Assembly (NCBI GenBank): GCA_945865175.1
Contig: CAMBDA010000015.1
Location: 3,082-67,081, forward strand
DNA length: 64,000 bases
Direction: 5' to 3'
Source of the DNA: an uncultured Prevotellaceae bacterium
Lineage (GTDB): Bacteria; Bacteroidota; Bacteroidia; Bacteroidales; Bacteroidaceae
Below the pieces are notes generated by a model. It had not been told where the DNA came from. It worked only from the letters and a program-made list of their open reading frames with translations, and did no database searches. The first letter of the stretch is position 1. Each line of letters starts with the position of its first letter. Position numbers and translations under genes: made by a program. Shown here piece after piece: positions 45,733 through 58,116 of this stretch.

Positions 45733-47310
45733 ATGAACAGACTACTTTTTGCCACACTCTTTTGTGCCACAGCCACTCCTCTGCTGGCCCAAACCGCATA
45801 CACCAATGCCGAGTTGTCTTCCACCTCCGATGTCATCGGAACGGCCCGCTATGTGGGCATGGGTGGTGCCCTGGGTGCCCTGGGTGCCGACATCAGCGCC
45901 ATCAGCAGCAATCCGGCGGCCATCGGACTTTACAGGCGTGCCGACGTGGCCCTCACGGCCGGCGGCCTTTGGCAGAAAAACAAGCAATACAAGGAGGACA
46001 ACACCGGGCGTGGCACCTTTGACCAGTTTGGTATTGTGGGCGCATGGAAGATTGATGCACCCAAGGTGCGCTATTTCAATGTGGGATTCAATTATCAGAA
46101 GAAATACAACTTCTTTAACGCCTACTATGCCGACAACGACACCCCCGGCGGCCTTTCACAGGCCGACATGATGGCGGATCTGGCCAACAAGTTCTATAAT
46201 GAAGACACCTTCGACAAGACCCTCTACGGTGCCATGTATAATGCCTGGATTTATGATAACGATGAGCAGGGATTCTATAACGGCGTGGGTGCCGACAAGA
46301 ACCGCTTCTCCAGCTACACCACCGGCTCGGTGCAGGCCTTCGACATCAACTTCAGCACCAATGTGCTCGACCGCTATTATCTGGGTCTCACTATTGGTAT
46401 AGACAATGTGGAATATAACCGATTCACCGAATACACTGAGGAGCGCACCTTCAACGAAACCATCCAGGACTACACCCTGGCTTCGGAACACCACATCAGC
46501 GGCTATGGCGTGAACGTGAAACTGGGTGCCATTGTCCGTCCCTTCGAGGACAGTCCGTTCCGTGTGGGCCTTACGGTGGAGACCCCCACGTGGTACAAGC
46601 TCAAGTCGACGGTCTTCTACGACATCTATTCCAAGTATGACAAGGACGGAAACTACATCCAGGACGGCTATAGCATGTTGCACTCGGGCGATGACAACTA
46701 TCTGGAATACAATCTGCGCACACCCTGGCGTGCCCGTGTGAGCATGGGAAGCACCATCGACCGTTTCTTTGCCTGGGGGCTGGAATATGAGTATGCCAAC
46801 TATGGCAAGAACCACATGAGCTATCCCGGCTACGACACCTGGGACGGTTTTTCGGCCTCTTCCACTCCCGACCGCGAGATGAACAAGCTGAACAGGCGCA
46901 CCTTCCAGGGACAGCATACCGTAAAGGCTGGTGCTGAGCTCAACCTCACCGACAGGCTGGCCCTGCGGCTGGGCTACAACTACATCACCACGCCCTACAA
47001 GAAGAACGCCCGCCTGCAGCAGGACATCGACAGCTATGCCATGGACTATGTGGCTGGTACGGCCTACTCAAACCTGAGCGACGTGAACATCATCACCTGT
47101 GGCCTGGGCTACCGCTACAAGAAGTTCTATGTGGACCTTGCCTACCGGTTCCGCCAGCAGCGTGCCGACGTGTATGCCTTTGACGACAGTTTCACCTCGA
47201 ATGCAGATTTTGTGCGGGACAATCCCACGCTTGCCAACAAGACACTGGACCCGGTCGACGTGAACCTCAACCGTCATAGTATCACCTGCACGCTGGGCTT
47301 CAAGTTTTAG
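45733..47310 (+). CDS. Outer-membrane beta-barrel of the FadL/OmpP1/TodX-like type (often annotated 'putative hemin receptor' in Bacteroidales)
   Basis: Signal peptide. N-terminal GTARYVGMGGALGALGADISAISSNPA motif, alternating beta pattern, and terminal ...LGFKF. Confidence 0.7.
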   Translation: MNRLLFATLFCATATPLLAQTAYTNAELSSTSDVIGTARYVGMGGALGALGADISAISSNPAAIGLYRRADVALTAGGLWQKNKQYKEDNTGRGTFDQFGIVGAWKIDAPKVRYFNVGFNYQKKYNFFNAYYADNDTPGGLSQADMMADLANKFYNEDTFDKTLYGAMYNAWIYDNDEQGFYNGVGADKNRFSSYTTGSVQAFDINFSTNVLDRYYLGLTIGIDNVEYNRFTEYTEERTFNETIQDYTLASEHHISGYGVNVKLGAIVRPFEDSPFRVGLTVETPTWYKLKSTVFYDIYSKYDKDGNYIQDGYSMLHSGDDNYLEYNLRTPWRARVSMGSTIDRFFAWGLEYEYANYGKNHMSYPGYDTWDGFSASSTPDREMNKLNRRTFQGQHTVKAGAELNLTDRLALRLGYNYITTPYKKNARLQQDIDSYAMDYVAGTAYSNLSDVNIITCGLGYRYKKFYVDLAYRFRQQRADVYAFDDSFTSNADFVRDNPTLANKTLDPVDVNLNRHSITCTLGFKF

Positions 47311-47334
47311 CAGACAACGGGTATATTAATTATA

Positions 47335-48432
47335 ATGTATAAGGACAAGATGCAAGCATCCAATCATAGAATTGTGGCCGTGGACGTACTCCGCGGCCTC
47401 ACTATTTCCTGCATGGTACTGGTGAACAACCCCGGCTCATGGTCGACAGTGTATGCCCCCCTGTGCCATGCCCATTTCAATGGACTTACCCCCACCGACC
47501 TCGTGTTTCCCTTTTTCATGTGTCTGATGGGCATGTCCATGTATCTGAGCCTTGTGCGCAAACAGCAGGACACAGCCACACAGACAAGGCACATTTTTCG
47601 CCGCACAGCCCTCATTTTTCTGTTCGGACTGCTTATCAACGCGCTGAGCCACACGATGTGGCACCCTTTCAATCCCCATGAATGGCGCATTCTGGGCGTG
47701 CTGCAGCGTCTGGCCCTGGCCTATGGTGGAGCCGGATTGCTGTTGTTGTGGCTCAAGCCCCGCCGTGCCCCATGGGCCATTGTGGTGCTGCTGGCGGCCT
47801 ATTCCCTGATGCTGCTTCTGGGGCAGGGCTATGAACTGTCTGCCCAGAATATCGTGTGTCGTGTGGACCTGGCCTTGCTGGGAGAAGCCCACATGTACCA
47901 TGGTGAGGGCTTCGCCTTTGATCCCGAGGGGCTGCTCAGCACGATACCCAGCGTGGCGCATGTGCTGCTGGGTGCATGGCTGGCCCATGGGGCGCTGGAC
48001 AGGCCTTCGTTGCCCGAGCGCATGCTGCGCCTGCTGCTCCCCGGTTTCCTGCTGATGGCATCCGCCTGGCTCCTGTCCTACGGTCTGCCCATCAACAAGA
48101 AGATATGGAGCCCCACGTTCGTGATGGTCACCTGTGGTGCCTGTGCCTGCCTGCTGGCTGTGGTGATGAAATGGCTGGATGGGAATGGACGTACAGCCGG
48201 TCTGTCGGAGCCTCTGCGCGTGATGGGCATGAACCCCATGCTCATGTTTGTAACGACCGACCTGATTGCGCTTTTCATGTCCTATTGGAACCTGCATGGT
48301 CCCGTATATGCCTTCTTCCAGTCGTTCATGGGCGACTATCAGGCCTCCCTGGCCTATGCGCTATGCAATGTGGCCGCGTGCATGGCTGTGGCTTACGGCC
48401 TGCACAGGAGAGGCATCGTATTCAGCGTCTAG
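47335..48432 (+). CDS. Membrane acyltransferase of the heparan-alpha-glucosaminide N-acetyltransferase-like family (DUF1624/DUF5009)
   Basis: 365 aa. RIVAVDVLRGLTISCMVLVNNPGSW start motif, ~10 TM helices. Confidence 0.7.
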   Translation: MYKDKMQASNHRIVAVDVLRGLTISCMVLVNNPGSWSTVYAPLCHAHFNGLTPTDLVFPFFMCLMGMSMYLSLVRKQQDTATQTRHIFRRTALIFLFGLLINALSHTMWHPFNPHEWRILGVLQRLALAYGGAGLLLLWLKPRRAPWAIVVLLAAYSLMLLLGQGYELSAQNIVCRVDLALLGEAHMYHGEGFAFDPEGLLSTIPSVAHVLLGAWLAHGALDRPSLPERMLRLLLPGFLLMASAWLLSYGLPINKKIWSPTFVMVTCGACACLLAVVMKWLDGNGRTAGLSEPLRVMGMNPMLMFVTTDLIALFMSYWNLHGPVYAFFQSFMGDYQASLAYALCNVAACMAVAYGLHRRGIVFSV

Positions 48433-48448
48433 GACAGGGGGAGAGGCT

Positions 48449-49875
48449 TCATTCAGTCACCTTCTTGCCTATCCATCCCTTTCCCCAGAGCCGCCACAGG
48501 AAGATGGCTCCGCGGAATGTGAGTTCGGCAGCCATGGCCACCCATACACCGTGGAGTCCCATTGTGCCCACCATGATGGCAGCCAGGGGGATGCGCACCA
48601 TCCAGATGCTTACCAGGTTCATGCAGCAGGGCAGAAGTGTGTCGCCTGCTCCCACAAACACCCCGTAGGCCACGATGCTGGCGGCAAACATGGGCTCTGC
48701 AAAGGCTTCGATGCGGATGACCTCCACGGTGAGCTGCTGCACCATGGTGTCAGGGGTCATGAATGCCATGAGCCAGGGCGAAGCAAAATAGATGACTGCG
48801 CCCATCACGCTCATGATGGCCATGCCCAGCCCCACGCTCACGAATCCCAGTTGACGGGCCAGCCTGCGGCGTCCGGCCCCCAGACTCTGCCCTACGAGGG
48901 TGGTGGCGGCATCGCCTAGTCCGTAACCCGGCATGTAGCACAGGCTCTCCAGTGTGATGCCGAAGGCGTTGGCCGCTATGGCCAGTGTGCCCAGGGGCGA
49001 CACGATGATGGTGGCCATAATCTGGGCCGAGCACATGATGAAATGCTCCACGCCCAAGGGAAGGGAAATGCGCAGGCAGCGTCTGATGGTAGAAATGCTG
49101 GGGAGGTAGCTGCCCGAGTCCTGCTGCAGGTTGAGTTCGAGCGAGCGTCGTGTGAGCGCGTGGAACATGGCTAGCGAGCACACGACAAACGAGAGGGCTG
49201 TGCCCAGCACCGCTCCCGTCACACCCAGTCCTGCACCTGGGACAAGCAGTGCGAAGGGTCCCATCTGCACGCTTCGTGTGGGAAAGATGAGCAGGAAATT
49301 GAAAAGCACGTCCAGCACACACATCCACACATTCAGCCGTCCGGGCGTCTGGGTGTTGCCCGATGCCCGCAGCATGCCGCCACACAGGGCGTTGAGCTGC
49401 ATGAAGGGCATGCACAGCGAGAAGACCAGGAAGTAGATGGTGGCATCGCGCCGGATGGCCTCCTCGGCCCCCAGCCACACGGGCAATTGGCCGCTGATGG
49501 CCACTCCGATGGCTCCCAGCAGCACGCTCAGCAGCAGGCAGGCGGGGAAGCTCTGGCGCAGCACAGCGCGCGCATCGCCCCACCGGCAGCCTCCTATATG
49601 GTGGGCCACTTGCACGTAGAATCCCGTGCAGAGCGAGGTGGCCAGGCCGCTAAAGAGCCAGATGGTGGTGGACACCAGCCCCACAGATGCGCTGGCACCT
49701 GCCCCCAGCGCCCCCACCATGGCTGCATCGATGTATTGCATCACGACGCTGCTGGCCTGTGCCAGCATGGAGGGTATGCTCAATGTGAGTGTGAGCAGGA
49801 ATCCGTCCTTCAAGCTCAGGTGCTTGTGGTCGCGGATCCTGCCCAGCAGAAGGTCTTTCCTCTCAATAATCCCCA

Positions 49876-49879
<4 letters not shown>
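48449..49879 (-). CDS. MATE-family efflux transporter
   Basis: 476 aa, 12-TM. Typical MatE N-terminus (LTLSIPSMLAQASSVVMQYIDAAMVG). Confidence 0.85.
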
Positions 49880-51573
<1,694 letters not shown>

Positions 51574-51633
51574 TCTCTTCTGTGTATTGTTATAGGGTTT
51601 ATGAAATAATGTTATGATATGATGATTCGGATT

Positions 51634-52530
51634 CTAGGGAATCAGCCTTATGCTCAGCAGCGCCAGGCTCACCACGATGCCATAGGCCAGGATGAAAAGG
51701 CTGGTGAGCCCCAGCACGCCGTTGAGTGCGCGTCCGTGGTGAATGGCCTTCATCCTGTGCCAGGGCAAGGCCGCAAAGAGCAGCAGCCATCCCGCAAGGG
51801 CACATCCCCGGGGCCATGGCAGGCAGCACACGGCACATGCACAGGCTGCCGCGCCCAGGGCCAGATAGAGCCATTCGGTGGCTTTTTCGCCGATCAGGGT
51901 CACCAGGGTGCGCTTTCCGCACGCACGGTCGGTGTGGCGGTCCCTGTAGTTGTTGACGATGAGGAGGCAGTCGGTCACCAGTCCACACCCCAGCGCCAGC
52001 AGCAGGATGTCGGTTGTGAACTGCTGTGTCTGCAGGTAGTAGGTGGCCCCCACGGGCACCAGACCGAAGAAGACCACCACCAGCACATCCCCCATGGCAC
52101 GCTGGGCCAGCAGGGTGGTGTAGAGAAAGCAGAACACTACGCAGGCCACCCCCACGCCCACCATCTCCATGCCGCCCCATAGAATAAGGGGAAGGCCTGT
52201 GAGACAGGCAATTGTGGTGACCAGGGCAATGGCCCGTCGCATGGCTCCGAGGGTCACCCATCCCTGGGCACAAGCACGGGGCGGTCCCATGCGTTCGGCG
52301 CGGTCGATGCCCCTGACGCAGTCGAAATAGTCGTTCACAAAGTTGGCATCCGTCTGCATGAGCAGGGCAAAGGCCAGACACAACACGGCGGGAACCCATT
52401 GTATCGGGCTCCCGTCGGCATAGGTCTTGCTCAGGGCGATGGCTACAGGCACCATTGCCCCCGTAAGGGTCTTCACCCGGATGGCGGCCAGCCATGCAGC
52501 GGGCGAGTTGGTGGCTATGTTCACGGCCAT
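51634..52530 (-). CDS. menA: 1,4-dihydroxy-2-naphthoate polyprenyltransferase
   Basis: 298 aa. UbiA family (NDYFD and NNYRD Asp-rich motifs). Confidence 0.85.
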   Translation of the reverse strand: MAVNIATNSPAAWLAAIRVKTLTGAMVPVAIALSKTYADGSPIQWVPAVLCLAFALLMQTDANFVNDYFDCVRGIDRAERMGPPRACAQGWVTLGAMRRAIALVTTIACLTGLPLILWGGMEMVGVGVACVVFCFLYTTLLAQRAMGDVLVVVFFGLVPVGATYYLQTQQFTTDILLLALGCGLVTDCLLIVNNYRDRHTDRACGKRTLVTLIGEKATEWLYLALGAAACACAVCCLPWPRGCALAGWLLLFAALPWHRMKAIHHGRALNGVLGLTSLFILAYGIVVSLALLSIRLIP

Positions 52531-52929
52531 CTATTCCACCTTGTCGTTACACAGGCGGATAGCCTTGTAGGCCTGCTGCACGGTGAGCACGGTCTTGAAC
52601 TGGGCATAGTACTTCTTGCGAACGGCCAGTTCGTCGGCCTCCTGCTTCTGCTTGCTGTTGAAGAGCAGGTCGCACTGGGCATCGGTGAGCTTGCCGGCGT
52701 CATCGGCTGCCCTGTATTTTTCCTTCAGTTCCTTGTTGTCCTTCTTTACGGCAGCTATGTCCTCATAGTAGCTCAGCAGCATGGGACGGAACTTTGTCTT
52801 GGTGGCATTGTCCAGCTTCATGTTCTTGAGTACATAGTTGATATGTGCGGTCTGCTTGGCAGTCTGTGCCTGCAGCGTGGCGGAGCCGGCCATGGCCAGC
52901 AGCGCAAGGGCGATGATGTACTTCCTCAT
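52531..52929 (-). CDS. Secreted helical hypothetical protein (Spy/CpxP-like composition)
   Basis: Signal peptide MRKYIIALALLAMAGSATLQAQ. An alternative ATG lies 24 nt upstream (52953). The stop abuts the menA start. Confidence 0.6.
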   Translation of the reverse strand: MRKYIIALALLAMAGSATLQAQTAKQTAHINYVLKNMKLDNATKTKFRPMLLSYYEDIAAVKKDNKELKEKYRAADDAGKLTDAQCDLLFNSKQKQEADELAVRKKYYAQFKTVLTVQQAYKAIRLCNDKVE

Positions 52930-52969
52930 AGGATTTCCTTGTTTTTTGTGCATTCTTGATAACTTTCTG

Positions 52970-52977
52970 CAAAAGTA
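52970..52977 (-). promoter_or_regulatory. -7 promoter box for the 52929-menA-ettA-MATE unit
   Basis: Minus-strand TACTTTTG, 40 nt upstream of the ATG at 52929. Confidence 0.45.
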
Positions 52978-53061
52978 TACAAAAAATGTCGTTTGTCCAA
53001 TCTCCTACCCTTCAAATAACCTTTTTTAACCCTCCCGGGCCCATCTTTGGAATATTTTTTT

Positions 53062-53069
53062 TAACTTTG
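53062..53069 (+). promoter_or_regulatory. -7 promoter box for dnaB
   Basis: TAACTTTG, 27 nt upstream of the ATG at 53097. Confidence 0.5.
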
Positions 53070-53096
53070 CAGACCAGAACACCTAATCAACCAGCA

Positions 53097-54650
53097 ATGG
53101 CAACAACAAAAGGCAACAAAACAAAGATAATCGAGGTGCCCCAGACGGACACCTTCGGACACAAGCAGCCCCAGAACCTCGACATGGAGGCTGCCATCCT
53201 GGGCGCTCTGATGATTGAGCAGGAGGCCTATGCCCAGGTGTGCGAAATCCTGAAGCCCGAGAGTTTCTACGACCACCGTCATCAAATCATCTACCGGGCC
53301 ATCCAGTCGCTCAATGTGGAGCAACGGCCTGTAGACATCATCACGGTGGGCGAACAGCTCGACAGGGACGGTGCCAAGGAGGAGGCCGGCGGTGAGGCCT
53401 ACATCATGCAGCTGAGCGCAGGCGTATCGAGCAGCGCCCACATCGAGTACCATGCCAAGATTGTGGCACAGAAGTATCTGGCCCGCCAGCTCATCACCCT
53501 GAGCAGCTACATGCAGCAGCTGGCCTTCGATTCCACCGTAGACGTGGCCGACCTGATGCAGGACGTGGAAGGCCGTATGTTCGAGATAAGCCAGAACAAC
53601 CTGAAGAAGGAATACACCCAAATCAATCCCGTAATCGGGCGCGTCTATGACCTGCTCAAGAAGGCCGCCGCCCGCACCGATGGCCTGAGCGGCCTGAGCA
53701 CGGGCTTTGAGAAGCTCGACCGCATGACCAGCGGCTGGCAGAACAGCGACCTCATCATTATTGCGGCCCGTCCGGCCATGGGAAAGACCGCCTTTGTCAT
53801 CTCCATGGTGCGCAAGATGGCTGTGGACATGAAGACCCCTGTGGCCATGTTCAGTCTGGAAATGGCCAACGAGCAGCTGGTACAGCGTCTGATGGTGAAC
53901 GTGTGTGAGATTAGCGGCGAGAAACTGAGGAGCGGCAATCTGGCCCCCCACGAATGGGGACAGCTCGACACCCGTGTGAGTCTGCTCTATGACGCACCCA
54001 TCTACGTGGACGACACCCCCAGCCTGTCCATCTTTGAACTGCGCACCAAGGCCCGCCGCCTTGTGCGCGAACATGGGGTGAAAATCATCATGATCGACTA
54101 CCTCCAGCTCATGAACGCCAGCGGCATGAGCTTTGGGTCGCGCCAGGAGGAGGTGAGCACCATCAGCCGTTCGCTCAAGGGACTGGCCAAGGAACTCAAT
54201 ATCCCCATCATCGCCCTGAGCCAGCTGAACCGTGGTGTGGAGTCGCGCGAAGGCAACGAAGGCAAGCGGCCTCAGCTGAGCGACTTGCGCGAGTCGGGCG
54301 CCATCGAGCAGGATGCCGACATCGTATGTTTTATCCACCGTCCCGAATATTACAAGATTTATCAGGACGAGAAGGGCCGCGACATGCATGGCGTGGCACA
54401 GTTTATCATCGCCAAGCACCGAAACGGCAGTGTGGGCGACATCAACCTCAACTTCCGCAGCGAGTTTGCCCGCTTCAGCGACCCTGACGAGCATGTGCCC
54501 CTTCCCGGTGAAACCTTCAGCAGCGGCGACACGGGCGGCATCATCAGTTCGCGCATCACGCCCGAGGAAATGGCCGAGGCACAGGGCATGGCCAGTCGCA
54601 TGGATGTCGGCCGCGGCTTCAGCCAGAATCCCGACGACGTGCCCTTCTGA
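53097..54650 (+). CDS. dnaB: Replicative DNA helicase
   Basis: Start trimmed to MATTKGNKTK. DnaB N-terminal domain (EAAILGALM), Walker A ARPAMGKTAF, and the RESGAIEQDAD motif. Confidence 0.9.
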   Translation: MATTKGNKTKIIEVPQTDTFGHKQPQNLDMEAAILGALMIEQEAYAQVCEILKPESFYDHRHQIIYRAIQSLNVEQRPVDIITVGEQLDRDGAKEEAGGEAYIMQLSAGVSSSAHIEYHAKIVAQKYLARQLITLSSYMQQLAFDSTVDVADLMQDVEGRMFEISQNNLKKEYTQINPVIGRVYDLLKKAAARTDGLSGLSTGFEKLDRMTSGWQNSDLIIIAARPAMGKTAFVISMVRKMAVDMKTPVAMFSLEMANEQLVQRLMVNVCEISGEKLRSGNLAPHEWGQLDTRVSLLYDAPIYVDDTPSLSIFELRTKARRLVREHGVKIIMIDYLQLMNASGMSFGSRQEEVSTISRSLKGLAKELNIPIIALSQLNRGVESREGNEGKRPQLSDLRESGAIEQDADIVCFIHRPEYYKIYQDEKGRDMHGVAQFIIAKHRNGSVGDINLNFRSEFARFSDPDEHVPLPGETFSSGDTGGIISSRITPEEMAEAQGMASRMDVGRGFSQNPDDVPF

Positions 54651-54727
54651 CCGGGCCCGCTGTCCGTTTTTTTTCGGTGAACCCCTTAAAAGTGTGCGAT
54701 TTGCTTTGTCATTTGCACAAAAAAGTG

Positions 54728-54735
54728 TAATTTTG
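54728..54735 (+). promoter_or_regulatory. -7 promoter box for pheT-yebC
   Basis: TAATTTTG, 84 nt upstream of the pheT ATG. A small hairpin (GGCTC-TAAAG-GAGCC) lies in the leader. Confidence 0.4.
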
Positions 54736-54819
54736 CGCGGCTCTAAAGGAGCCTGTCCCTGTTTTGGGGCGTGTGAAAGCAGAATCAGAAACAATATTAT
54801 CCTATCTCTATAAGTAAAA

Positions 54820-57327
54820 ATGAATATATCATACAAATGGCTTCGTGAATACGTAGACACCACGCTCAGCGCACAGGAAGTGGCCGATGCCCTCACCAGC
54901 ATCGGTCTGGAAGTGGGCAGCGTGGAGGAGGTGCAGACGGTCAAGGGCGGGCTTGAAGGCCTGTGGACGGCACAGGTGCTCACCTGCGAACCCCATCCCG
55001 ACAGCGACCACATGCATGTGTGCACTGTGGACGTGGGACAGGAAAAGCCGCTCCAGATAGTGTGTGGCGCCCCCAATGTGGCTGCCGGCCAGAAAGTGAT
55101 AGCGGCCGTGGTGGGCACCAAGCTCTATGACGGCGACGAGTGCTTCACCATCAAGCGGAGCAAGCTGCGCGGTGTGGAGAGCCTGGGCATGATATGTGCC
55201 GAGGACGAGATTGGCATAGGACAGGACCACAGCGGTATCATTGTGCTGCCCGCCGACACCCCCGTGGGCATACCCGCCGCCCAATATTACCATATCGAGA
55301 GCGACTATGTGATTGAGGTGGATATCACCCCCAACAGGGCGGACGCCTGCAGCCACTATGGTGTGGCGCGCGACCTCTATGCCTGGCTCGTGCAGAACGG
55401 CCACGCCACATCGCTCCATCGCCCCTCGACCGACGACTTTGTGGTGGACAACGAGGAGCTCCCTGTCCAGATACAGGTGGAGCAGACCGAGGCTTGCCCC
55501 CGCTATTGTGCCCTCACCCTCACCGGCTGTGAGGTGAAGGAAAGCCCCGAGTGGCTCCAGAACAAGCTCCGTGTGATTGGTCTGCGTCCCATCAACAACA
55601 TCGTGGACATCACCAACTACATCATGATGGCCTATGGCCAGCCCCTCCATTGTTTCGACGTGGACATGATCAAGGGACAGAAGGTGGTGGTGAAGACCCT
55701 GCCCGAGGGCACCCCCTTTGTCACGCTCGATGGTGTGGAGCACAAGCTCAGCAGCCGCGACCTGGCCATCTGTAACGCCGAGGAGCCCATGTGCATCGCG
55801 GGCGTGTTCGGCGGCAAGGGCAGCGGCACTTATGAGACCACCCGCAACGTGCTGCTCGAGAGCGCATATTTCCACCCCACATGGATACGCAAGAGTGCAC
55901 GCCTCCATGGCCTGAACACCGATGCCAGTTTCCGCTTTGAGCGCGGCATCGACCCCGACGGACAGATCTACGCCCTCAAGCAGGCCGCCATCCTGGCCCG
56001 CCAGCTGGCAGGTGCCAAGGTGAGCATGCAGGTGGCAGACGTGTGCGCCACCCGTCCCGAAGGTTTCAAGGTGGACCTCAGCTACGACTATGTGGATGCC
56101 CTCATTGGCAAGCACATCCCTGCTGCCACCGTCAAGCGTATCGTGGAAAGCCTGGAAATGCACATCGATGAGGAGACTCCCCGGGGACTTTCCCTTACGG
56201 TGCCTCCCTACAGGGTGGATGTGCAGCGTCCTTGCGATGTGGTGGAGGACATTCTCCGCATCTATGGCTACAACAATGTGGAAATCCCCACCTCGGTCAA
56301 GAGCAGCCTCAGCGTGAAGGGCGACCCCGACCGCAGCCACAAGCTGCAGAACCTTGTGGGTGAGCAGCTCGTGGGCGCAGGGTTCAATGAGATTCTCAAC
56401 AACAGCCTCCAGCGCGGAGCCTATTATGAGGGGCTTCAGAGCCTGTCTCCCGACCATCTGGTGCGTGTGATGAACGCCCTGAGCCAGGACCTCAATGTGA
56501 TGCGCCAGACCCTCCTTTTCGGCGGACTGGAAACCATCGCCCGCAACACCAACCACCGCAACGCCGACCTCCATCTCTTCGAGTTCGGCAACTGCTACCA
56601 CTTCGATGCTTCGCGCCGCTGCCCCTCCATCATACCCGGCGAGAGTTCCAGCCGCGACCCGGAGGTAATCAAGCACGTGCTGGACGCCTATAGCGAGGAG
56701 TGCCACCTGGGCCTGTGGATTACGGGTCGTCGCGTGTGTGGCAGTTGGGCCCATCCCGACGAGCAGACCTGCTTTGCCGAGCTCAAGGCCCATGTCCTCA
56801 ATATCCTCACCCGCATCGGTGTGCCCTTTGGCATGCTTGTCTTCGGCGAGGGCAGCAGCGACCTGTTCGGCAAGAGCATTGCCGTCACCAACCGTGGTGG
56901 CAAGATGATGGTGGAGATGGGAACCGTGGCGGCCGCCCAGCTGCAAAAGTTTGACATCCAGGCCCCTGTCTACTATGCCGACTTCCATTGGAACAACCTC
57001 ATGAAGGCCGTACGCAGCCAGCATGTCACCTATCGCGAGATTTCCAAGTACCCCGCCGTGCGTCGCGACCTGGCCCTGCTCCTCGACGAGAGTGTGGAGT
57101 TTGCCGCTATCGAGCGCATTGCCTACCAGACCGAGAAGAAACTTCTCAAGGCTGTCAGCCTCTTTGATGTATACGAGGGCAAGAACCTGCCGGCAGGCAA
57201 GAAGTCCTATGCCGTCAACTTCATACTCCAGGACGAGAGCAAGACCATGAGCGACAAGGCCATAGACGCCGTCATGAACAAGCTCATTGCCGCCCTCACC
57301 AAGCAGCTGGCTGCCGAACTCAGATAG
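54820..57327 (+). CDS. pheT: Phenylalanine--tRNA ligase beta subunit
   Basis: 835 aa. MNISYKWLREYV start, with tRNA-binding, B3/4, B5 and FDX-ACB domains in order. Confidence 0.95.
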   Translation: MNISYKWLREYVDTTLSAQEVADALTSIGLEVGSVEEVQTVKGGLEGLWTAQVLTCEPHPDSDHMHVCTVDVGQEKPLQIVCGAPNVAAGQKVIAAVVGTKLYDGDECFTIKRSKLRGVESLGMICAEDEIGIGQDHSGIIVLPADTPVGIPAAQYYHIESDYVIEVDITPNRADACSHYGVARDLYAWLVQNGHATSLHRPSTDDFVVDNEELPVQIQVEQTEACPRYCALTLTGCEVKESPEWLQNKLRVIGLRPINNIVDITNYIMMAYGQPLHCFDVDMIKGQKVVVKTLPEGTPFVTLDGVEHKLSSRDLAICNAEEPMCIAGVFGGKGSGTYETTRNVLLESAYFHPTWIRKSARLHGLNTDASFRFERGIDPDGQIYALKQAAILARQLAGAKVSMQVADVCATRPEGFKVDLSYDYVDALIGKHIPAATVKRIVESLEMHIDEETPRGLSLTVPPYRVDVQRPCDVVEDILRIYGYNNVEIPTSVKSSLSVKGDPDRSHKLQNLVGEQLVGAGFNEILNNSLQRGAYYEGLQSLSPDHLVRVMNALSQDLNVMRQTLLFGGLETIARNTNHRNADLHLFEFGNCYHFDASRRCPSIIPGESSSRDPEVIKHVLDAYSEECHLGLWITGRRVCGSWAHPDEQTCFAELKAHVLNILTRIGVPFGMLVFGEGSSDLFGKSIAVTNRGGKMMVEMGTVAAAQLQKFDIQAPVYYADFHWNNLMKAVRSQHVTYREISKYPAVRRDLALLLDESVEFAAIERIAYQTEKKLLKAVSLFDVYEGKNLPAGKKSYAVNFILQDESKTMSDKAIDAVMNKLIAALTKQLAAELR

Positions 57328-57367
57328 AATCAATATACAATAAATATAATATAAGAGATACACCATT

Positions 57368-58096
57368 ATGGGAAGAGCTTTTGAATACCGCAAAGCGGCC
57401 AAACTGAAGAGATGGGGCCACATGGCCAAGACATTCACCCGCCTGGGCAAGCAGATTGCCATTGCCGTGAAGGCCGGCGGTCCCGAACCCGACATGAACC
57501 CTGCGCTCCGCTCTGTCATTGCCGTGTGCAAGCGCGAGAACATGCCTAAGGACAACATCGAGCGTGCCATCAAGAACGCCCTGGGCAAGGACCAGAGCGA
57601 CTACAAGACCATGACCTACGAGGGGTACGGACCCCATGGCATTGCCATTTTTGTGGACACCCTCACCGACAACCCCACCCGTACGGTGGCCGACGTGAGA
57701 AGTGTCTTCAACAAGTTCAACGGCAACATGGGCACGATGGGCTCCCTGTCATTCCTCTTCGACCACAAGTGTGTGTTCACCTTCAAGAAGAAGGACGGCG
57801 TGGACATGGACGACTTCATCCTGGAGATGATTGACTATGGCGTGGACGAGGAGTTTGACGAGGACGAGGAGGAAGGCACCATCACCATCTATGGCGACCC
57901 CAAGTCGTACAGCGAAATCCAGAAGAAACTCGAAGGCGACGGCTACGAAGATGTGGGCGGCGAGTTCACCTATATCCCCAACGACCTGAAGGATGTCACC
58001 CCCGAGCAGCGCGAAACCATCAACAAGATGATAGAGCGCATGGAGGAGTTTGACGACGTACAGACCGTCTACACCAACATGAAGCCCGAAGAGTAG
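57368..58096 (+). CDS. yebC: YebC/PmpR-family DNA-binding transcriptional regulator
   Basis: 242 aa. MGRAFEYRKAAKLKRW start typical of the family. Confidence 0.9.
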   Translation: MGRAFEYRKAAKLKRWGHMAKTFTRLGKQIAIAVKAGGPEPDMNPALRSVIAVCKRENMPKDNIERAIKNALGKDQSDYKTMTYEGYGPHGIAIFVDTLTDNPTRTVADVRSVFNKFNGNMGTMGSLSFLFDHKCVFTFKKKDGVDMDDFILEMIDYGVDEEFDEDEEEGTITIYGDPKSYSEIQKKLEGDGYEDVGGEFTYIPNDLKDVTPEQRETINKMIERMEEFDDVQTVYTNMKPEE

Positions 58097-58116
58097 GCCA
58101 GCCACCCTGTGCCAAG

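Noticed and set aside
54736-54819. Possible regulatory leader or T-box-like element upstream of pheT (84-nt 5' UTR with the small hairpin GGCTC-TAAAG-GAGCC).
   Set aside because: The hairpin is short, no U-tract follows it, and there is no leader ORF or specifier-like structure. The evidence is insufficient.
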